From IMG/VR virus record IMGVR_UViG_2740892211_000014: 12,554 bases of DNA; one strand, written 5' to 3'. The notes beneath the pieces were generated by a model. That model saw only the letters and a list, made by a program, of their open reading frames with translations. It searched no databases and was not told where the DNA came from. Each line of letters opens with the position of its first letter. Position 1 is the stretch's first letter. This stretch comes from a virus. Lineage: Duplodnaviria; Heunggongvirae; Uroviricota; Caudoviricetes. Position numbers and translations under genes: made by a program. Of the stretch, positions 1 through 6,669 are shown piece by piece.

Positions 1-291
1 TGCCGCTGCCTGAAGCTTCGCAACGTTAAGCTGATAAACATTCGACGCATTGCGGTTACCCTGGCGACGCGCCTTACGCGTTAACCAGCCTTCTGCTTCC
101 AGCCGTGCGATAGCCGTTCTGACGGTACTCATCCCCGCGCCAATCTGACGGGCAATGGTTTCAATTGATGGCCAGCACACACCTTCGTCATTACTGAAAT
201 CAGCCAGGCGGGCCATAATTGCCACGCTGGATAATTTCATGCCTGATGCAGCGCAACCATCCCATACATAGCCGGTTAATTTAGTGCTCAT
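1..291 (-). CDS. Phage replication-initiation-type winged-HTH protein, N-terminal 97 codons only (gene continues past window start)
   Basis: Reverse-strand ATG at 291-289; open in frame to position 1. Translation MSTKLTGYVWDGCAASGMKLSSVAIMARLADFSNDEGVCWPSIETIARQIGAGMSTVRTAIARLEAEGWLTRKARRQGNRNASNVYQLNV resembles the HTH N-domain of prophage replication proteins (recalled, not searched). Position after cro/cII matches lambda O. Confidence 0.55.
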   Translation of the reverse strand, partial: MSTKLTGYVWDGCAASGMKLSSVAIMARLADFSNDEGVCWPSIETIARQIGAGMSTVRTAIARLEAEGWLTRKARRQGNRNASNVYQLNVAKLQAAA

Positions 292-300
292 GACCGACCT

Positions 301-639
301 CTATTTCCCTGAATTTACGACGAAACTGTTCGAGCGGGCTGAAGCACTCATGCTCATAGCCTTCGCGGAGGTAGATAACACGTTGTGTTTCCGACTCCCA
401 ACGAATGACTCTGACGGGCACTCCGTAGTGATCTTTGAACCAGCGGTTAACTTGTCGCAAAGGACTGTCTCCTTCTGCCGGTTGAAATCACCCACAGCCC
501 ACTCTGCAAAGCTGTGGGTTACAATTTCCCTGTCACCTGGTACATTCACTGCATAGCAATATTCCACCTTCGCTTTTCCACCCGGAACAGGAAGCGCAAT
601 CAGTTGCGAGCGACGGTAGTGTGTTGTTAAACTGTTCAT
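301..639 (-). CDS. Hypothetical protein, possibly frameshifted (see findings)
   Basis: 112-codon ORF whose ATG (639-637) overlaps the stop of the upstream cII-like gene (ATGA coupling). The C-terminal half is serine-rich and looks non-protein-like, while another - strand frame (460-281) reads as better protein. Confidence 0.35.
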   Translation of the reverse strand: MNSLTTHYRRSQLIALPVPGGKAKVEYCYAVNVPGDREIVTHSFAEWAVGDFNRQKETVLCDKLTAGSKITTECPSESFVGSRKHNVLSTSAKAMSMSASARSNSFVVNSGK

Positions 640-1205
640 GCGTTAGTTTCTCCACAACCAGAAGCAATCGACGCCACGACGCCCGGAGCTGCACACTCGC
701 GGGCGTCATTACTTTCTGAAATGCAAAAAATTTTGTAGACAAGTGCTGCATGCTCCTGCAGCTTCGAAATTGAGAGATACAGCTCGTCGTTAATTGCTGT
801 CTTCTCATGCGGTTCCACTACACCGTCTTCGATTGCTGAACGAATCTGTTTTGAATAACTGCCGATCTGTTCAATGACTTCCAGCAGACGCTGGTTAATA
901 TCGGCGTTGTCCACATCCTCGACGTCAGGAAGAGACACAAAGACGCCATTTGCAGACTGCGCCACAGCATCAGCAATGAAGTGAGTGCCACCAGCACGCT
1001 GTAAAACCATTGCCCATCCCAGCGGGAAAATCTGATCGCCATCTGCACGAAGGCGGTTGAATAAAGCGTTTTCTGTTACATCGAGCCAGTCAGCCGCTTC
1101 AGCGTAACCACCCGGCAACGCCGCGATAGTTTTTCTGACAGCTTTCACGTACCACTCAGGCTGTTTTTCTATTTTCCAGTGATGCTTACCCACAATTAGC
1201 CTCAT
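636..1205 (-). CDS. Phage CII-type regulatory protein (phage 186 CII / CP76-like family)
   Basis: 189-aa ORF immediately downstream of the cro-like gene in the same operon. Spacing of conserved hydrophobic/Gly positions resembles phage 186 CII-family proteins (recalled). No obvious Shine-Dalgarno at the 1205 start, so the start is uncertain. Confidence 0.5.
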   Translation of the reverse strand: MRLIVGKHHWKIEKQPEWYVKAVRKTIAALPGGYAEAADWLDVTENALFNRLRADGDQIFPLGWAMVLQRAGGTHFIADAVAQSANGVFVSLPDVEDVDNADINQRLLEVIEQIGSYSKQIRSAIEDGVVEPHEKTAINDELYLSISKLQEHAALVYKIFCISESNDARECAAPGVVASIASGCGETNA

Positions 1206-1236
1206 CGTTCTGTGGTTAAAAAATGAAAGTGTTCTG

Positions 1237-1437
1237 CTAATCTTTCGGATAGATATCCGGTCTTAAGTCAGATTTCGTAATTGCACCTGACGTGCATTGC
1301 TCAAGTTTTTTAGCCAGCACAAAACTGGCTTTTTTATAGCCATTGAAAACCAGCCGTAAGTAGCCAGGTGTTGAGCCAACTTTTCCGGCCAACTCGCCCT
1401 GCTGTTCTTTGGTTAAAGAGTCCCAATACGCTTTCAT
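1237..1437 (-). CDS. Cro-like small DNA-binding regulator (Cro/YdaS-type)
   Basis: Start set at the internal ATG (1437-1435), which has a GGAGG Shine-Dalgarno ~8 nt upstream on the - strand. The 66-aa product MKAYWDSLTKEQQGELAGKVGSTPGYLRLVFNGYKKASFVLAKKLEQCTSGAITKSDLRPDIYPKD is typical of small Cro-like proteins. Divergent from the cI-like gene. The longer 167-aa ORF in the track would run across the operator region. Confidence 0.65.
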   Translation of the reverse strand: MKAYWDSLTKEQQGELAGKVGSTPGYLRLVFNGYKKASFVLAKKLEQCTSGAITKSDLRPDIYPKD

Positions 1438-1443
1438 ACAATA

Positions 1444-1510
1444 TGTACCTCCGGTGTACATGTTACATGATTGAAATGAACCTTCAAGATACTTGTACCT
1501 TAACGGTACA
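1444..1510. promoter_or_regulatory. OR-like operator region between cro-like and cI-like genes
   Basis: Two 17-bp near-palindromes with the same half-sites: TGTACC-TCCGG-TGTACA (1444-1460) and TGTACC-TTAAC-GGTACA (1494-1510, extending to a perfect 8-bp-arm palindrome 1492-1512). A related site lies in the downstream promoter at 2249-2265. Confidence 0.5.
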
Positions 1511-1527
1511 AGGGTTTTAATTTCGTT

Positions 1528-2202
1528 ATGAAAACAATCCATGACATCCGGCGGTCTAACGCCAGAAAACTGAGAGATGGTGTTGGCGGGAATTCTTCCT
1601 TTGCCACTATGATTGATCGCGAGCCAACCCAGACCAGCAGGTTTATGGGAGATGGTGCTACTAAAAATATCGGTGACAGCATGGCACGACACATCGAAAA
1701 ATGTTTCGACCTGCCTGTCGGATGGCTCGATCAAGAACACCAGACAACGAACATCACAAAAAAACCTGATGTTTCAATCACTAATAAACAAATCACATTA
1801 GTCCCTGTCATATCATGGGTACAGGCCGGAGCATGGAAAGAAGTTGGATATTCTGAGGTTGATTTGAGCACAGCAGAAACGTATCCCTGCCCTGTACCCT
1901 GTGGGGAAATGACTTATATCTTGCGGGTGATAGGTGATTCAATGATTGATGAGTACCGCCCGGGAGACATGATTTTTGTCGATCCTGAAGTACCTGCCTG
2001 CCACGGTGACGACGTTATTGCATTGATGCACGATACAGGTGAAACCACCTTCAAAAGGTTGATAGAAGATGGGACACAGCGTTATCTCAAAGCGTTAAAC
2101 CCAAACTGGCCTGAGCCTTACATTAAGATCAACGGTAATTGCTCTATAATTGGTACAGTGATTTTCTCAGGAAAACCAAGAAGATACAAAATCAAAGCCT
2201 AA
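1528..2202 (+). CDS. CI-type phage repressor with C-terminal S24 (LexA-like) autopeptidase domain
   Basis: 224 aa. C-terminal region contains VISWVQAGAW and RVIGDSM ... TFKRL, the Ser/Lys dyad context typical of S24 repressors. N-terminal region resembles the phage CI-repressor HTH domain. Divergent from the cro-like gene across the operator region. Confidence 0.8.
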   Translation: MKTIHDIRRSNARKLRDGVGGNSSFATMIDREPTQTSRFMGDGATKNIGDSMARHIEKCFDLPVGWLDQEHQTTNITKKPDVSITNKQITLVPVISWVQAGAWKEVGYSEVDLSTAETYPCPVPCGEMTYILRVIGDSMIDEYRPGDMIFVDPEVPACHGDDVIALMHDTGETTFKRLIEDGTQRYLKALNPNWPEPYIKINGNCSIIGTVIFSGKPRRYKIKA

Positions 2203-2214
2203 TCAATGTTTATG

Positions 2215-2237
2215 AACCTGCTTCGGCAGGTTTTTTT
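2215..2237 (+). terminator. Rho-independent terminator after the cI-like gene
   Basis: AACCTGC-TTCG-GCAGGTT stem-loop followed by T7 (2231-2237), 13 nt after the cI stop codon. Confidence 0.7.
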
Positions 2238-2241
2238 ATAC

Positions 2242-2269
2242 TTGACAATGTACCTTTGAGATACATAAT
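2242..2269 (+). promoter_or_regulatory. pL-like sigma70 promoter with embedded operator
   Basis: TTGACA (2242-2247), 16-nt spacer, CATAAT (2264-2269). The spacer and -10 overlap TGTACC-TTTGA-GATACA (2249-2265), matching the OR half-site consensus. Points toward the + strand early-left genes. Confidence 0.55.
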
Positions 2270-2395
2270 GAACCCAAGCGAAACAACGAACAGGCAGGAC
2301 GCCCACGAAGTAGCCGCCTGGGGCATATGAAGTCCAGGATGATTCGTTGAGTCATGTTGTGCCACTAGGCACTCATGTTAAAGCAGGTGTATGAA

Positions 2396-2671
2396 ATGAA
2401 AGTCCAGATTTTAAACAATAACTGTGAAGTCGTTTGGTCATACGACATAGCCGCCCCTGTAGATCAGAGCGGCGATAGCTGGACCAATGAGAAACATCAG
2501 ATTATGGCTGGAGTTGTGTTCTCTTTACGCCGTGCTTTGGAACAGGCTGAAGTATTTCCATCAGACCCTGAATGGAAATGGCCTTTTTCTATTTGCCCAA
2601 ATTCGGAGAACACATTTCAGAAAATTGGTCAGAAAGTCGCACTCGAAGAGCATCAGCCAACTGTTTCCTGA
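2396..2671 (+). CDS. Hypothetical small protein, first ORF downstream of the pL-like promoter
   Basis: ATG at 2396 preceded by AGGTG (2385-2389) at 6-nt spacing; an in-frame ATG at 2375 lacks a Shine-Dalgarno. 91 aa, no recognisable family. Its 3' end overlaps the convergent ORF 2589-2834 by 83 nt, so the true stop or the reality of one partner is uncertain. Confidence 0.4.
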   Translation: MKVQILNNNCEVVWSYDIAAPVDQSGDSWTNEKHQIMAGVVFSLRRALEQAEVFPSDPEWKWPFSICPNSENTFQKIGQKVALEEHQPTVS

Positions 2672-2834
2672 TTTTTTCAGGTAACTCGTCGGCATCGCAG
2701 AAACAACAACGCTCGATCATGTTGAAAGCCGATTCGTAGAACTGTTTCTGCTGAGTGTCGCTGAGACAGGAAAAGAGCGACGTTACGATGATTTTATTAA
2801 TTGCATTATCAAGTTCTTTTTCATCAAAAGTCAT
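2589..2834 (-). CDS. Hypothetical 81-aa protein, antisense to the early-left operon
   Basis: ATG (2834-2832) preceded by AAGGAA (2846-2841) at 6-nt spacing. Translation MTFDEKELDNAINKIIVTSLFSCLSDTQQKQFYESAFNMIERCCFCDADELPEKIRKQLADALRVRLSDQFSEMCSPNLGK is protein-like; no family recognised. Confidence 0.45.
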   Translation of the reverse strand: MTFDEKELDNAINKIIVTSLFSCLSDTQQKQFYESAFNMIERCCFCDADELPEKIRKQLADALRVRLSDQFSEMCSPNLGK

Positions 2835-3074
2835 TTGATTTTCCTTTTATGTATACGGGCTTAAAAGGATACCACCGAGCCTGAAGTGGTGAAAAGACAG
2901 GCACATAACAGCTAAGTATTTTCAACCAAAGAGAATCCTTAGCGTTGTGGTGAATGCGGCTCAGCGCACGCGGGTTAAGGTTGAGGCTGACAGTCGACCT
3001 TCTGTGGATACCCACCCGTCTGGTGTGCAACCTTCGCCAGGCACCGGGAGGCACCCGGCACCACAACTTTATGC

Positions 3075-3134
3075 TGTGTGTAGTCCTGGCGGTACCAGTT
3101 TGTACCCTTGCTTCCGGCTGGTACCGCTCTTTTT
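3075..3134 (+). ncRNA. Candidate DicF-like prophage sRNA ending in an intrinsic terminator
   Basis: Perfect 10-bp stem GCGGTACCAG (3089-3098) / CTGGTACCGC (3118-3127) followed by TCTTTTT. TGGCGGTACCAGTTTGTACCC resembles the 3' half of E. coli DicF (recalled as TGGCGGTATCAGTTTTACTCC ... CCGCC-TTTTT). Lies in an ORF-free stretch downstream of the immunity region, as dicF does in Qin. 5' end undefined. Confidence 0.3.
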
Positions 3135-3135
3135 A

Positions 3136-3222
3136 CAAAACAGAGAAGAGCATCACCGGACGACGGGCTCATAACCCAATCCATCCGGGCGGCGGTCACC
3201 GCAGGTGTTCTTCTCTGTTTTG
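3136..3222. repeat. 14-bp perfect inverted repeat flanking a 59-bp GC-rich spacer
   Basis: CAAAACAGAGAAGA (3136-3149) and TCTTCTCTGTTTTG (3209-3222) are exact reverse complements. Starts immediately after the terminator T-run. Spacer contains further short GC stems (CCGGA...CCGGG, CACCGC). Confidence 0.6.
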
Positions 3223-3347
3223 TGGAGAAACTAACCGCCCCTGCGGGGGCATCTATTGAAACGTAATTGCTTAATAATCGCCGGATGGCGAGGGCTTCCT
3301 TTTCCCAAAATTCAGCGCAGTGCAGCGCATATAAAGTGGAGAACGAA

Positions 3348-3884
3348 ATGTCATTTATTAAAACTTTTTCCGGGAAGCATTTTTATTATGACAAGATAAA
3401 TAAAGACGACATCGTTATTAACGATATCGCGGTTTCCCTTTCAAATATCTGTCGCTTTGCTGGTCATCTTTCACACTTCTACAGCGTCGCCCAACATGCG
3501 GTGCTTTGCAGCCAGCTGGTACCGCAGGAGTTTGCTTTTGAAGCGTTAATGCATGATGCAACAGAAGCGTATTGCCAGGACATCCCCGCACCACTGAAAC
3601 GCCTTCTTCCTGACTATAAACGGATGGAAGAAAAAATAGACGCCGTAATCCGTGAGAAATACGGGTTACCCCCGGTTATGAGTACACCCGTGAAATATGC
3701 CGATCTCATCATGCTGGCAACCGAACGCCGCGATCTCGGGCTTGATGATGGCTCTTTCTGGCCTGTGCTGGAAGGTATCCCGGCAACAGAGATATTCAAC
3801 GTGATTCCACTGGCTCCAGGCCATGCCTACGGGATGTTTATGGAACGCTTTAACGAATTATCGGAGTTACACAAATGCGCATGA
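3348..3884 (+). CDS. HD-domain phosphohydrolase (YfbR-like 5'-deoxynucleotidase family)
   Basis: ATG 3348 with GGAGA ~9 nt upstream. 178 aa with the HD signature (H in VAQHAVL, HD in ALMHDATEAY, followed by D in CQDIPAPLK), similar to small prophage HD hydrolases. The upstream 27 codons of the longer ORF are taken as non-coding. Confidence 0.65.
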   Translation: MSFIKTFSGKHFYYDKINKDDIVINDIAVSLSNICRFAGHLSHFYSVAQHAVLCSQLVPQEFAFEALMHDATEAYCQDIPAPLKRLLPDYKRMEEKIDAVIREKYGLPPVMSTPVKYADLIMLATERRDLGLDDGSFWPVLEGIPATEIFNVIPLAPGHAYGMFMERFNELSELHKCA

Positions 3885-4237
3885 ATGTTTTCGAAATGGA
3901 AGGGTTTCTGCGCGGGAAATGTGTACCGCGAGATCTGAAAGTGAATGAAACGGATGCTGAATACCTGGTGCGTAAATTTGATGCGCTTGAAGCTAAATGT
4001 GCAGCACTGGAAAACAAAGTAATACCAGTGTCAGCTGAACTGCCGCCAGCAAATGAAAGTGTTCTGTTATTTGATGCTAACGGAGAAGGCTGGCTGATTG
4101 GCTGGCGTTCTCTCTGGTACACATGGGGGCAAAAAGAAACCGGAGAATGGCAGTGGACATTTCAAGTCGGGGACCTTGAAAACGTCAATATTACTCACTG
4201 GGCAGTAATACCGAAAGCACCGGAGACTAAGAAATGA
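3875..4237 (+). CDS. DUF551-family phage protein
   Basis: 120 aa; start overlaps the upstream gene's end. C-terminal ELPPANESVLLFDANGEGWLIGW ... ITHWAVIPKAPE matches the DUF551 pattern (LPxxxxxVL ... THWxPxPxxP) as recalled. Confidence 0.55.
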   Translation: MRMNVFEMEGFLRGKCVPRDLKVNETDAEYLVRKFDALEAKCAALENKVIPVSAELPPANESVLLFDANGEGWLIGWRSLWYTWGQKETGEWQWTFQVGDLENVNITHWAVIPKAPETKK

Positions 4238-4449
4238 GCGTGATAAAAACTCATACAGGAATTGTTATCACCCGAGACGGTGAAAAGCGGATGAAATTAC
4301 ATTCCACTGAAACGTCCTGGGTTGCCGAACGTTGTGAATCCTACGACAAAAAGACTGGTTACCGTTGGGGTGCACCTAACATGCGTCGCCGTCTGCTACT
4401 GGACAGCATCAGGCCAATAAAACAGGTAGCAACCAGGGAACAAAATTAA
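4234..4449 (+). CDS. Hypothetical small phage protein (71 aa)
   Basis: ATGA start/stop overlap with the upstream gene (translational coupling); same strand and operon as xis/int. No family recognised. Confidence 0.45.
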   Translation: MSVIKTHTGIVITRDGEKRMKLHSTETSWVAERCESYDKKTGYRWGAPNMRRRLLLDSIRPIKQVATREQN

Positions 4450-4508
4450 TTATCAGGACTGGAATTTGATATTACTGCCCGTGTGCAGCGGGCTAAGTGG
4501 AGAAACAT

Positions 4509-4715
4509 ATGCTGAACCTCGATTGTGTTCCAATCTCAACTTATTGCAAAGAAACTGGCGAAACTCCTGAAGCAATAAACAAACGTGTACAGCGCGGTGT
4601 TTGGCGTGAAGGTGTTCAGGTTTTAAAGGTTGAAGGCGTTAAGGAGAGGTGGATTGATCTTAGTGAGGTTGCAAAATGGGCCAGACAAAACTGCTCAAAC
4701 TACCGCGCGGCGTAA
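4509..4715 (+). CDS. xis: Excisionase-like DNA-binding protein
   Basis: ATG 4509 with GTGGAG upstream at 6-nt spacing. 68 aa, MLNLDCVPISTYCKETGETPEAINKRVQRGVWREGVQVLKVEGVKERWIDLSEVAKWA has excisionase-like winged-helix features. 3' end overlaps the int start by 40 nt, as in lambda xis-int. Confidence 0.6.
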   Translation: MLNLDCVPISTYCKETGETPEAINKRVQRGVWREGVQVLKVEGVKERWIDLSEVAKWARQNCSNYRAA

Positions 4716-5848
4716 CAATCAGGAAACACCGCCAGGGCGAAACGATCAATATAACTTTCACCTACAAAGGAGTTAAATGTCGTGAGCCTCTTTCCAATCT
4801 GGAAGTAACACCAAAGAACATTAAATACGCTGAGCGCACACTCGGCGAAATTCATAATAAGATCGAAAGGGGAACATTCATTTATGCGGAATATTTTCCC
4901 CGTTCTGCTCGTTTGAAAATTTTTGGTAATGCTGCTGCAGGCAAAACGGTAAAAATGTACCTGGACGAATACCTTGAAATCTGCGAAACGAGGAAACTTT
5001 CACCATCCACGATCGGTGGTTATAAAAAATGCCGTAGTGCGTTAGCCTCACTTCACATTTGCCCTGCAAGTGAATTAACACCAGCAACCCTGAAAGCGTG
5101 GATTCAAAGCCAGAAAACGACCTTAAAAACCATTCGCAACCAGTTATCTTTCCTGCGGTCAGCACTTGATGAAGCCGTGACCGATGGGGTACTTCAAATT
5201 AACCCCGTATCGTTAGTAACAGCTTCGCGCTACCAAAGTGATAAGTCAGAAGCAGAAAGCAGCTACGTAGTTGATCCGCTATCACCAGCAGAAGTTGATG
5301 CATTACTAGCAGCAGCCGGAAACAAACAATGGGAAAATCTGTTCCGGTTCGCTATACATACAGGCCTGCGTAGTTCTGAATTATGTGCCCTTCGATGGCG
5401 TGATATCGACTTTGTTGGAAAAACTGCCCATGTCCAGAGCGCAAGTGTTGTCGGTGTTATCAAAGGGACAAAGACAAAAGCAGGTACTCGGAAAGTTGAA
5501 CTGACAGAAGAGGCAATGTTGGCGCTGATAAATCAGAAGCCATTTACATTCATGAAGGATGCTACTGTCTTTGAAGATCCAAAGACCAATAAGCCTTGGG
5601 CAAGTGCTGATGCAATTAGGAAAAAAGCATGGGTGCCAACATTGCGAAAAGCAGGTATTCGTTACAGAAACCCATATCAAACCAGGCATACATTCGCCAC
5701 CAGCCATATCAGCCGAGGAGCAAACCTGTTTTGGCTTGCAGCTCAAATGGGGCATAAAGGGCCGGAGATGCTTTTCAGGCACTATGGTTCGTATCTTAAA
5801 GAGTATGATAACTTTACATCGATAAATCATTTGCATAATCATAATTAA
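4676..5848 (+). CDS. int: Phage tyrosine integrase (lambda-Int type with arm-binding N-domain)
   Basis: 390 aa. N-terminal KLPRGVTIRKHRQGETINITFTYKGVKCRE is arm-binding-like. C-terminal domain has the conserved R (FAIHTGLRSSE), the H-x-x-R context (RHTFATSH) and tyrosine in LFRHYGSY. Adjacent to the att repeat. Confidence 0.9.
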   Translation: MGQTKLLKLPRGVTIRKHRQGETINITFTYKGVKCREPLSNLEVTPKNIKYAERTLGEIHNKIERGTFIYAEYFPRSARLKIFGNAAAGKTVKMYLDEYLEICETRKLSPSTIGGYKKCRSALASLHICPASELTPATLKAWIQSQKTTLKTIRNQLSFLRSALDEAVTDGVLQINPVSLVTASRYQSDKSEAESSYVVDPLSPAEVDALLAAAGNKQWENLFRFAIHTGLRSSELCALRWRDIDFVGKTAHVQSASVVGVIKGTKTKAGTRKVELTEEAMLALINQKPFTFMKDATVFEDPKTNKPWASADAIRKKAWVPTLRKAGIRYRNPYQTRHTFATSHISRGANLFWLAAQMGHKGPEMLFRHYGSYLKEYDNFTSINHLHNHN

Positions 5849-5856
5849 TATTTAAT

Positions 5857-5884
5857 AATCCCCGCATTTTTAAAATCGGGGATT
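5857..5884 (+). promoter_or_regulatory. Hairpin between int and the cargo ORF: possible int 3' retroregulatory/terminator structure and/or RBS occluder
   Basis: AATCCCCGCATTTT / AAAATCGGGGATT form a ~13-bp stem with one bulged C and a 1-nt loop. The right arm contains GGGGA (5878-5882), the only Shine-Dalgarno-like element 7 nt upstream of the TTG start at 5890. The downstream U-tract is weak (ATTTAAAG). Confidence 0.4.
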
Positions 5885-5889
5885 TAAAG

Positions 5890-6669
5890 TTGATTACAAT
5901 TACATTCGACAAACTAATCACCTACATATCTTCAGTTGGTACTTTCATTTCAGCAATTGCTGCATTATATGCAATATGGTTAACGATATTTCAAAGAAGG
6001 CTCTCTTATAAACCCAATTTAGTGATAGACACTTTAAATATCAAGATGAATGTTAACGATTTCAACGGTTTTCATGTTGATATCTTACAAGCCCCTACGC
6101 TTCCACAAACAAAATTTTCAAACATAGGATTGGGGGCGGCAATTTCACTTAGATATCATTGGGATTTTAATTATAAAAAAAACATAAATCTATATTTAGA
6201 GTTGTTTTCGAAAAAATTCAAAAAAGAAGATAAATCTTTTACAACCGACTCCCAGTATGGAATATTCAAAATAATAAAAGAAAGAAAAGTATATATGTAC
6301 AATACTTTATCGACACCTTACGATATTGATTTTTCGTTACCATATAGTATAGATAAGAAGTCAAAAAACATTTTTGTACCAACCGCGGCAATTGATATTC
6401 TATTGAATATAGCATATCTTTCACATAGACTTAAATTAGTCGGTTCTTCATCATTCACTGGTCCAAAATTAATTATTGAATATCAAGATATAGAGGGTAA
6501 AACTAAAAAAGTCACTTGGCAAACAAAATTGGAACGTGGAGTGGCACGTTTCAGTGGTGATAATATGGAGGCAGATTTTGCACTACGGTTTACACCTGTA
6601 CCAGAGAAATGGACTACAAAAGGTCTAGAGAAGATACGCAAAAGCGCCGCAAACGCCATGTTCAGATAA
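5890..6669 (+). CDS. Hypothetical membrane-anchored protein, AT-rich cargo (moron) gene between int and att
   Basis: 259-codon ORF with TTG start; first in-frame ATG is codon 53. N-terminal hydrophobic segment ITYISSVGTFISAIAALYAIWLTIF predicts one TM helix before a ~220-aa Lys/Asn/Ile-rich domain. Markedly AT-richer than all flanking genes. No family recognised. Confidence 0.55.
   Translation: MITITFDKLITYISSVGTFISAIAALYAIWLTIFQRRLSYKPNLVIDTLNIKMNVNDFNGFHVDILQAPTLPQTKFSNIGLGAAISLRYHWDFNYKKNINLYLELFSKKFKKEDKSFTTDSQYGIFKIIKERKVYMYNTLSTPYDIDFSLPYSIDKKSKNIFVPTAAIDILLNIAYLSHRLKLVGSSSFTGPKLIIEYQDIEGKTKKVTWQTKLERGVARFSGDNMEADFALRFTPVPEKWTTKGLEKIRKSAANAMFR

Noticed and set aside
284-556. 90-aa + strand ORF
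   Set aside because: Antisense to the - strand cro/cII/replication operon with no RBS; the coding signal here is better explained by the - strand frames.
1237-1740. 167-aa version of the cro-like ORF, and ORFs 1500-1694 (-) and 1613-1801 (+)
   Set aside because: The long - strand ORF would run through the operator region and into the cI gene; the Shine-Dalgarno-supported ATG at 1437 gives a typical 66-aa Cro-like protein. The other two are internal or antisense to cI.
3136-3222. Retron msr/msd interpretation of the long inverted repeat and structured RNA
   Set aside because: No reverse-transcriptase gene follows; the downstream gene is an HD hydrolase. No conserved retron boundary motifs were recognised.
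2824-3259. Four overlapping ORFs of 74-101 aa on both strands (2824-3066 -, 2947-3174 +, 2954-3259 +, 2975-3199 -)
   Set aside because: They overlap one another in different frames, give Arg/Pro/Gly-rich low-complexity translations, lack Shine-Dalgarno sequences, and coincide with the hairpin-rich GC-rich block. Best read as non-coding structured sequence.
4878-5842. Antisense ORFs within int (4878-5165, 5263-5463, 5381-5842) and the + ORF 5559-5825
   Set aside because: All are embedded in the well-supported integrase gene, either on the opposite strand or out of frame, with Cys/Phe-rich non-protein-like translations.
6175-6182. A8 homopolymer inside the cargo ORF as a phase-variation slip site
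   Set aside because: An 8-nt A-run encoding Lys-Lys in a generally AT-rich gene is more likely compositional than a dedicated contingency tract; there are no longer tracts or repeat arrays.
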